Origin: Chrysomallon squamiferum | Taxonomy: Eukaryota; Animalia; Mollusca | Assembly (NCBI GenBank): GCA_012295275.1 | Contig: CM022670.1 | Span: 22,072,001-22,136,000, forward strand | Reading direction: 5' to 3' | DNA length: 64,000 nucleotides | Shown: piece after piece, positions 53,901 to 64,000 of the stretch | Numbering within the stretch: position 1 is the stretch's first letter | How the letters are laid out: each line of letters opens with the position of its first letter | Notes under the pieces: model-generated | What the model was told of the DNA's origin: nothing | What the model saw: only the letters and a program-made list of their open reading frames with translations | Database searches by the model: none | Program-made: the position numbers and the translations under genes

Positions 53901-56900
53901 TTTAGAATAGTTTACTGGATGGTTCTGACTTGATTTCACAAAAGTTTTTATCGCATCAGCACAAACTAACTATCCACTATTGGTTATTAGTTTCATTAAT
54001 GATGCAATAACAAAGTTTAAGTCGTTAGCTAATTGTTAGTTGTTGGCAGTTGGTTTTTCACTTAAGACGACAAATGTTCTCCAGTTATTGTAATTGCTTT
54101 ATATCCTTATAATAGTTAAAAACTAATTTTCACATTTTCAACCCAGTAATTTCATAAACAAAAGATCAGAACAGCATTAGGTTGTTGGTATGTTATATTT
54201 AAGAGTATCCATTCTATTAGTATGGTTTTAATCTTGTACATCTGCAGATACATTGTTCCAGGAAACTGGTATAAAATCACATAATTTTATCTATACATGT
54301 CCATAACAAGAAACCCTTATCTACTGAGAACTACTAAATATCACTTGAATTATACTGACTGTAGTATTGTTGCATATTATGTGTCACCATAACAACATAA
54401 TCCACCTTCTGTTAATTTAAAAATAATAATTTTGGGACCATAGTTGGTGAAAAAAAAAAAAGAACACCAAACCAGAAAATAAAAGTAACTGTTATATGGT
54501 TGTTTTATCTCTGAGCCAACACTTAGTCACAATTTGACAGAACGTACTGAAAAATAATTAGAGTATAGATTGGACTCTGTATACTTTATTAATAATTGGC
54601 TCCTGAAATGAAAACCCTTTCATTTTACCAGTTAAATATACCAATTGCTCCTAGCTGTAACAAAGATTCGGCTACAAAAGAAAAATAGCTAAGTAAATAA
54701 AAAGCATCACATCATGAAGTGGAACATTGCTCATGTTTATGCTAAGCACAATGCATATAGTTAATTTATTAATGATAATTTCAAATGTGAAAAAGTTCTG
54801 CATCTGCACGAGCTAACCATTTTCATTTGATGGTTAGTTTCACTTATGATGCTAAAATAATGTCAGTGTCGTTAGCAAGTCAGGATGCATTATTGACTTG
54901 TTTTTCACATGGACAACAGTTTTTCTAAAGTCAAGTGAAACATTTTGGAATTAAGAATTCTAATCTATAACACTTTCCGTGGTACCTACTCATATTTGGC
55001 AGTTAAAAATTTAATGTTTGTTTTATTTTTATTTTTTTTATTATTATTTAATATTTCCCTAAATGTGTTACAGGTTGAGATTTTTAAAATATTTTGTTTT
55101 AGGTTTGCTTGGACCAGCACCTTCCTTACCCATGAGTCCAATTATGAACCCTAGCATGCAGCTTGGCCTCTTTGTAATGCTGGCTGTACAAACAATATCT
55201 CAGACCAAGAAAGCAGTAGGTTTTTCTTTCTAGATATATAATTGTGAAGAAAAAAAAATTAAATTTTGTATTAAATAGCATCACATTACTTCAAAGGAAA
55301 AAAAAAAAAATTAAAAAAAAATTTAGACTCATTTGGCTTGAAAACTCATTTATATTAAGATGTATACATAAATAGTTAAAAGCAACATTTTAATTACTTC
55401 GTAATCAAGTGTATAAATATGTATTTCCTTTTCAATATTTCAGTGTACAGGGCTTATGGCAGCTGAAATGAATTTGCTTAGTGGTGTTGAATCAACAGAG
55501 ACTCAAGTGAGTTATGTTCTTACCTTCTTTATTCCTTTTGAAAATTGGACGTTTTACCACTTCACAAGGGTTTCAGTGTTTCCAGTGATAAGCAAGAATG
55601 TGCATATTTTTAATATAACTCTTGGAAACCTTCTTCTTAAAAAGTATCCAAAACATAAGTCTTTTTTGTCTCAGCCTCTGTATAGTATTGTAATTTAATT
55701 TTAATTTTATTTTTTCCATTTTCAGGTTAAACCTCAGACTACTGCTAAGCCATCTCTTCTTGGTGACCCCCTCACTGCTAAAGCTGGAATTATACTGCAG
55801 TGCTTGTCCAATCAGCTGATGCCACAGCCAGTTATGCCATCAAACACTCCAAAGCCACTGATGACAATTGGCCAGCCTGAACTAAAATTTCCTGCAACAA
55901 TGGACCAACTGTTACAGAATATTCGCAATATAAACATAAATTTGCTTATCAACATGGGTCAAGCACTGAGTGCCATGCAGAACAATTTATCATTAAAAGA
56001 AACTCAAAAGCAGAGACCTCCTGGCCAAAGTCCTCACAGTTTGCTGGGGGTTCCACCAGGTGTAATGGGTCAGAAAAATAGTTTGTTAGGTTTCGGTCCT
56101 AATTACAGAGAAATGAATCCAGATTCTACAGCTAAAGGTCTTATGGAGTATGGTGCAGAATATGGAACAGATTCCATGACCCAAAATTTGGATTCAGGAG
56201 CAAAAGCTTTATTAGGTCAGAAACCAAAAGGTCTTATGGAAATGGACTTTGGTGGCAGTGGAGCAGCTGGAAATGCCGGTATGTTCCAAGGTTCTTTCAG
56301 AAATGGGCCAGTAAGCAATTTTACAAATCAAAGAAGCGGGAATGGTTCGACATTTGCTAGTAATTTACAGTTCACAGGACAGAAAAATCCTGATTTTAAT
56401 TTCACTGCTATGTCAAGTACAGCTAAAAATCTTGACCAGTCAGGCAATAGGAGAAAAGGCTCACTGTTAGGTGTGCCTTCAAGACAGAATTACAACGATG
56501 ATGTATGGTTGGCAGCACCACCATTTCAGACATACGACAGAAAAGACTGGGATGCAGCTGATGTAAATCAAGCAGCTGCAAGTGAAAGTTACTCCACCAG
56601 TGCAGTTGGATCATGGGATTACAATGATTCAGGTTATGGGGTAAGTGATGTATTCCAGTTTATTTTCAATTATATGAAATAAGACTTTTTCATGACTGAA
56701 TGTTTATTGGCTTGCATAAGAAAGTAAAGTTTTCTTTTGTACTAAACAAGGTATTTTGTACTTAGTATTTGTTTAAGAAAAAAAAACTACAGAGAAAATA
56801 ATATTGAATAAATACAACAGAACACCAGAGAATGATTGTGTGACATTACAACCATTATAATTTACATAGTTTCCCCCTTCAGTCATTTTCACAGATCAAA

Positions 56901-59138
56901 AATATTTGTAGTTATTAATGGTACATAGACATCTTTATTTATTTATTTATTTTTTGTTATTTTGAAAGAAATGGGAGAAGCAGAAAGAATGAGTAGGTAT
57001 GCAAAAATAGAAAGAAAGAAAGAGGCATTATAAAGGGAAGTTTTAGACAATGTAGATAACTGAATAGGTAATGAAATAGCAATGGCACATAAAATGTGTG
57101 TTTCTGCTAGGTAATTATAATGCAGATTGTTTATTTCTGTGTTTATAATCATGTAGCAGGCTGACACATCAGGCTATGATTCCTATGGTAATAGTGGATC
57201 TTATGGTGGACAGTATCAAGAAAGTACTCCACTTGGACAGGGTGAACCATCTGATCCACAAGCCAGATTGGCTCAGGTATTATGAGTTAATATTTAAATT
57301 TGTCCTGCAGTTGTCTGTTCGCTGTTAGGAAACTGAAGACATTAATTTCACAAAATACACTTCAGCATTACTCAAAGACTTGTGTCAAAAGGATAACAGG
57401 TTTCACAACATACATTTTTATTTAAAAATTATTTATTTCTTCTCATTTTTCCCTTTGCCTTGCCAGCAAGTATGAATGAGGTGAAAGTTTCTGTTTTTCT
57501 TTTCTCTTTTGAGGGTTGTGGTGTCTGAGACATGTTTTTATTAAGAATGCAGATAAAGGCACAGAACATAGCTTTTTTTTTTTAAATCTGATTATTTTAG
57601 AGAACAGCATTTTATAATAACCAGAATGATTCTTTTTTTGTTATCTATAGAACTGAATAAAAATGTAGTGTGATAAAGTTCAGTTGAAGCAATCTGTATT
57701 TGTAATGGTTGGCCTTGTACAGATAAACCATTCTGATAAAAACGGTATTTTGGTGGGGGGGGAGTTCATCTGCATAGATGTTAAACTAACAAATATTTAG
57801 TGTAAATTGTAATTTCAAAAAGTTATTTTTAAATTAATGCTTTTAAGTAAGAATAAAGTGAACAAAAATGGACATATACATATTAGTATTATGGATCATT
57901 CAGCAGATTTCAGAAATATAATAATTTCGGTGTTTTTTTCCTCAGAATTGTTTTAATTTATATTTTAAAGATTTGTCGAGTTGTAAGATTTCCATGCCTG
58001 GGTTTTTCTACTGTGTAAATGTTTTACTAATTGCTAGGTAATTTTTTTCTTCACTCCAGTAAGATTTTATGGAATGGAATTTTATTGATTTAATTGTGAT
58101 GATTTCTTCTGTTAATTTCTTTTTTTTCTTTTCCATTTACAGTGATTATACCATAAATGAAATGAAAAGTATATTAAGAAATTAATTTTAATCTTGATTA
58201 TTAAGTGCACATCATTATAATACAATTTAGTTTTGTTACTCTTTAAATGAATGTGCATGTTAAAAATGAATTTTAGAATATTTTTGAAAAGACATGCCAA
58301 CAATAGTTGCATTGATTATCTCTTTTCACCTGTTGAATATTTTTCATTAAAGTCTGAAATAATGTCAAAACTATTTTTATTTTTCTGTGTACAACATGTA
58401 TATTTGTATATCACAACTTTTTAAAGGAATATTTTCAGGACCTCTGACCGACTGTGGAACCACTTTTCATTTTATTGTATTTTAATCCTGTTTCAGCCTT
58501 TTTTTAGTTCAAGTTGATCCAATTCGGTTATTTCAGTGGTAAAGAGAACAGAATGATGAGTGAAGTTTTTCAAAGAAGGCAGCCAGCTTCTATTCAACAC
58601 AAGCCATAGGCTTGTACCCATCACTGTAAGGTGTACATGTTGGAGGTAAAACGGTCCAGCCGTTTGAAAACCATGCATACATACATACATGTACATCTGA
58701 CAGAAATTCCCCAGCTCTGTAGTTTTTCTTCACTATTGCAAACTGAAGACTTGTTATCAAAAAATTGATTTAACATTTCACATTTTCATAATTTCAACAG
58801 GCTGATAACAAATAATACAAAATAAAAATCTGCCCTGAAATAATGACAGAATAAATACACATAGGAACAGTGTGTTATCTGTCTTTGCACTTTTCCAAGA
58901 TGGCTTCTTTTAATCATGAATTTTTACAATTACATTTTCAACTTCCATATTTCAAGAAATTCTGTTGACATTCTTGTTAACTGTAAATTCTGAGTTGGTT
59001 TTAAATTTTAGAAATTGTCAGTCTTGTTTGTCTTGGTGGTTTATTAAATAATTATTTAAAGATATAAATTGGATGAAATCACAATTGGTAGTTCAAATAA
59101 TCGCTAAATTTCAGTATTCATTTTCGTTTCTTTTTCTT

Positions 59139-59173
<35 letters not shown>

Positions 59174-62100
59174 CTAATAAATCTGTTACTTTCATGTCAG
59201 TTATTTGTTTCATGGAATTGTATGTATTCAAGTTTAGGCATCTTTTCTGTTGCAACTTTCTGACATTAATTACTGGCATTCCCATTGCTGTCAAATTAAT
59301 TTTCAATTACATTATATGGTTCTTCAGTTCACTTTCTAGTACTATCTGTTTTCCAAGATTCATACATGGTATCTTTTCCTTTGAAAATTTGTTTTTATTT
59401 TAACTAAGGAAATCTTCTTATTACTAGTGGATTGTCTAATGTTAACTAACTTATTTATTTTTACTTTTCCTTGATAGACAAATAAACACAAGTTTCTTTT
59501 TCCTTTAAAAAAAAATAATAAAAAAATAAAGAAATAATATTTTACAAATTCTCTACTGTTTTTAATTGCAGGAAGCCCGTGAATATGCTCAGTATGCTGA
59601 ACAGTATTATAATCAGGTAACATGAACTTCCACTAAGTAATTAATTACCAAATGTAAAGGTTTGTGAAAAAGTTACCAAAGGCCTGTGAACCAAAGGTGT
59701 TGTGTTGTGTTTTTGTGCTTGGTTGTGTTGGATCTTCAGCAGTTTTCCTTTTCTGTCTCCCTCAACCCTTTATCTGGTCTTTCTAGGAATAAAATAGCAA
59801 ATACCCTTTTAATTAATATTTTATACAATGTTGGCAAATGAAAAATAATAAAAAATTAAGAACAATAAAAAAAAAATGAAAATTGAACATGCATTAACAT
59901 TTAAAAAAAAAAAAAAAAATAAAAAATATAAATTATATTTCTGCATTAGTATTTTTTTGCTTTTTAAAGTGGAAAGGTATTAAATACATTACCTTTTGTT
60001 CCAAAAAATAAATAAAACAAAACATTTTTTTTTTCATTTTTGTTTCTTCTGTTTTGCAGGAATAATTATCCAGAAAAATCCCCTGAAGTTAATGTGTGTT
60101 CAAGAGAAATGATCAGAAACATAAATAAATAATCCTTGATTAAAAACCCAACACTTTGTTAAGTTTTCTTTGATATTAGATATATATCATTATTTTATTT
60201 TATTTTATTTTATTTATTTATTTTATTATTTATGTTTTTTTGTTCACATTTTCATAAATCTCCCAGGCCTGTGCAGTAAAGATAAGTTACAAATTGAAGA
60301 CAAACAAAGTTTTTTGTTTTTAAATTAAAGCATCTGATAAACATATCTACCATTAAGCCAAAAATCGAGAGTTGTGTTCAAACCCAATTTAATTTCTCAC
60401 ATATTGTATATATCTGTGTTACAAAACTGGTTATTTGAAATTAAAATTGTGACCGTTTAGCTGTTGATTATTTCTAAGTCACTCTGAGAAAAACAGATGT
60501 TTGCCAACATTTATTCCTTAAGTCTTCAACTACAGCTGTTTTCAAGGTTGAGATGAATCTGGTGTGGTTGATTGCTTCTAACAGAAGTATTCAGTTAGTT
60601 TTAGAGATTTTGTATGTTTTTACAAAAGTAATTCTTTCAGAAACAGATGGAGTACAAACAGTATAAAGCTGAATTCATTAGGAAAAACGGTATATGCTAC
60701 CAAATAGTTTTTAAAATTTGGTTTATAGGAGTTAAGGTAGCTAAATAATAAAACACTAAAATTTTGTTTTAACATCAGCTTCCAAGGACAGAAGCAGATA
60801 ATGATTACTTTATTTCCCCTTCTTCAAACAGTTATCTTTGAGTAAGGTGGTGGCAGAATTAATAATATAAACACTTCAAGAAATAATAGCTAGATAATCA
60901 AGTTGTTCATCATTTGGTTTTGCTTCTCAGATGTATAGTGGATATGACCAAAACTACAACTACTCTACAACAGATTATACCAACACATACAACCAGCAGA
61001 TGCAGCAAGCGATTCAAGGAAATACAGATAATAATACTTATAATGTATGTATGTGAAAAGTTAGATATGAACTAAAGCAAAAATTAATAAATTGACATTT
61101 AAAAAACCTACCCTTTAAAAGTCTGGTACATCATGTCTTAATATTTTAATTTCTTCCTATTCTGATACAAAAATACAACATTCATACATAAACAGTATAT
61201 TAAAATGTGCTTCAAACAAGCCAGAATCGTAATACCTATTTCACAAAACTGATCTTACTGTAAAGACACATTTCTTTCATCAAGTTGCACATGTATTTAG
61301 ATAATAAAGACGTTTTATTAATTATATTGTTATTGCTATTGTTATTATGAAACTGCATTTGATGAAAACTAAGTTGAAGCAATTTTATTTAGATCTAAAT
61401 TATTTCAGCTGATTTATAGATAATATATCAATAATATAAACAACATTTTTAGATGTATTAACTATGTTTAAATTGATAAAATAACCACCAAAAATAAGTA
61501 TTACAAAAAGGTGTTTTTGTTTTGTTTGTTTATATAATGTTGATTCAGTTATGGTGTCTAGATGTAGTTTTTCCAAAACTAATTGTTGCAGATATTTCTA
61601 TATTTACAGCAGCCGTATGGAAATGTAGCAAACACAGCGAACACATCCGTGCCATCTCCATCAAAGATGAAGAATTACAGCTCTAAACACCCAGCTTTTG
61701 GCCAGATATATGATTCCACAGGTTTATTTCGAAACCCCAACAACGTGAATCAAGGCTATGATTCTAACTATTCCACCTACAATGCTAATAACTCGCAATA
61801 CAACTACAACTTCAGCCAAGGATTTCAGGTCAGTTTGTATTGGAAAAATATATATATTTTTACTCTTTTTGAGATGTTAGTTTGTTGTTTTTGTTTGTTT
61901 TTGGTCTTTTTTGAGGGCTGTTTTTCATATTATTTTGATAAAATATTGATCAGCACTGCCACATAAGCTGTTTTTACAAGCAGTCATTTTCAATATTGGG
62001 ATTGGAATATAGACTAGGAGTTGACATAAAAGAGATGCAATTTTTAATGCAGCATTACTCGATAGAATTAATGTACAGTGCCTAAAAATTATTTTTATTT

Positions 62101-63418
62101 ATTACTTCAGTGATTAGATTAACCTTCCATAAGAACCTTTGATTTATTTTATGTAGATTTTGAAATATGTTTTATTGAAATAGTTTTTTTTAGAAATTCA
62201 TGGACGTCTTATCAATTTAGTTTATGTCATTGTGAAATCAAGCTTAATTAGGAGAGCATGTCAGTGATAGAATTAATTATTTATAAACTCAGTTGTAAAT
62301 TATAGACATTCGTTGACCAGTATTAAGTTTATACTATTTATTAATTTATATATTATGAGATATATTGGGATTATTATCTATTTCTATGTTAATAAAATTA
62401 AATATCTAATAATAATGAAATTACAATGTTTGTATTACAACAGATATATTATCAATGTTTGTGTGCTCGGCTAAAAATTATTTCCTCTTCAGTAAGAATT
62501 CTTTTCAGTAACTAATTCATTTTAAATTGTAATAATTGTGTTTGTTATTTCAGGCCACCCCAAAAACCACAGAGGAGACTGTGTCAGGACAAGCTCCTCA
62601 AATGACAGGTGAATCTACAGCTTACACCCCTCCAAGTACAAACGCAGCCTTGGTGAGATAAACAGATTATTTTAGCCGTTACAAGTATTGGTTACTAGGG
62701 TCAGAAATACCCTATTGCAGCAAATCATTAAAAACAGTATTCAGTCTGTCAAAAGCTTATGATGACGTTTTGTAAGAGACATTATTTTTTAAATTTCCAA
62801 GCAAAGGGAGAATTGTGACATACATACATTATTAAAACGATGGAAAGGTGACTACAAAGCTTTTATTTATTTATTTGTTTGTTTATTTATTTATTTGTAT
62901 GTTTATTATATTAACATCTTGGCAATATTAAATTGTTAGACTGATCCCAGAATAAAAACAAAACCTGTCAGCAAACAGCAGCATGTATAATATTATATTT
63001 AGTTTGATGAAAATTTAATGTGCATTGTATTATATCTGGTGTGGTGGTGTCTCAGTATGTATAGTTGTTTTAGAAACTGGCATTTTGTCAAACATTTTGT
63101 ATTTTTCTTTTTTTCAGTACTGTCAATATGTGTAAATTCTAGCTGAAAGAACTGCTGATACAACAAAATTTCAACTGCAATCCTTGACAGTAATTAAAGA
63201 TATTATTTGTTGTGATTGTGTTCAGAGTTTCATTATTATTTCAGAATACTCCAATAGGCCAGAAGCGAAGCTACAGCCATTTGCTCCCACCCCCTGAACC
63301 AAGTCCGGAGGGAGACTATGTTATAGGGCAGCACTCACAAGGAATAGGGGGCCACTATGCTACATCCTATGTCAAGCGACAGAAACTGGATAACAAGTTT
63401 TCTGATCAGTCATTTTAA
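47911..63418 (+). CDS. RAVER1: Ribonucleoprotein PTB-binding (Raver1/Raver2-like): three RRMs plus PRI motifs, ~1000 aa, ~16 exons
   Basis: Exons 47911-48144, 50840-50906, 51137-51358, 51932-52182, 52601-52783, 53152-53266, 53657-53737, 55103-55215, 55444-55506, 55726-56640, 57160-57276, 59572-59616, 60931-61044, 61610-61828, 62554-62652, 63245-63418; all GT-AG and in frame. RNP1 motifs SKGYGFVEF and LGYGIVEF; LLPDP and (S/G)LLGxxP motifs; Raver-type tail [32 protein letters not shown]. Probably co-orthologous to RAVER1 and RAVER2. Confidence 0.9.
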
Positions 63419-64000
63419 GATAACTTCATTTGACTGAACTGCTGTTGTTAATGGCTGTCTTGTTCATGTGTCAGATGAGCAAGTAAATGTGGGTTCTTTC
63501 TGGAAGATGAATATGTTAGACACTGATTTTAAATGTGTAGGTTTTATTTGTTTGTAGCATAAATGTGATCTGTAAAATTAGGTATGGTGCATATACAGTG
63601 AGAATACTTGTTTTGTGGATAAAAAAAAGAAATGATCCTGGTTTTTTTATCATTTTATTTGATTTTATTACGTATCATCGATTCAATCAAAATATATTTA
63701 TAGAATACTCGAAATTAATGGTGCCTTTTGTGGCATGAATTGTATAGAAAATTACATCGAGAATGCTTCAAGAGCAATAATTTAATATGTATATTAAAAA
63801 TTAGCTTTTTCTATCAGAATTACTACAAGAAAGACTTTTAAAGTGACAAAAATACAGAGTGATTAATCATAGCAATCAGTTACCAGATAAGAAAATACCC
63901 TTACAGAATTAACATAAGATTCAAAGTTCAGTTAAATGGATAAGTTTAAAATGTTTATTAAACAGTACATTTTGTAAAATTTAATTATTTAAAACTATTT

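Overview
AT-rich, intron-containing animal genomic DNA (probably an invertebrate); nothing prokaryotic and no CRISPR, rRNA or tRNA seen. In order: (1) the last four coding exons of a FREM2/ECM3-like matrix gene (+). (2) A complete TRPT1/Tpt1 tRNA 2'-phosphotransferase gene (-). (3) A head-to-tail duplication of ~1000-14611 as ~14612-32563, giving orphan FREM2 3' exons and a second TRPT1. Inside that second TRPT1, the two exons encoding the N-terminal RNA-binding lobe are tandemly amplified to four copies (and the next exon to two). Every unit preserves frame and keeps GT-AG sites, so the locus could encode a ~489-aa Tpt1 with four RNA lobes and one complete NAD+ lobe. This is the most unusual feature, but an assembly/haplotype artefact must be excluded. 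(4) Two MITE-like elements and a CCAAT-rich promoter. (5) An unprocessed CDC14-like phosphatase pseudogene with several independent lesions and a short retroposon insertion flanked by a 14-bp TSD. (6) A complete ~16-exon RAVER1/2-like gene (+) with about six PTB-interacting motifs. Exons were read and translated by hand; family calls rest on recalled motifs, not database searches.
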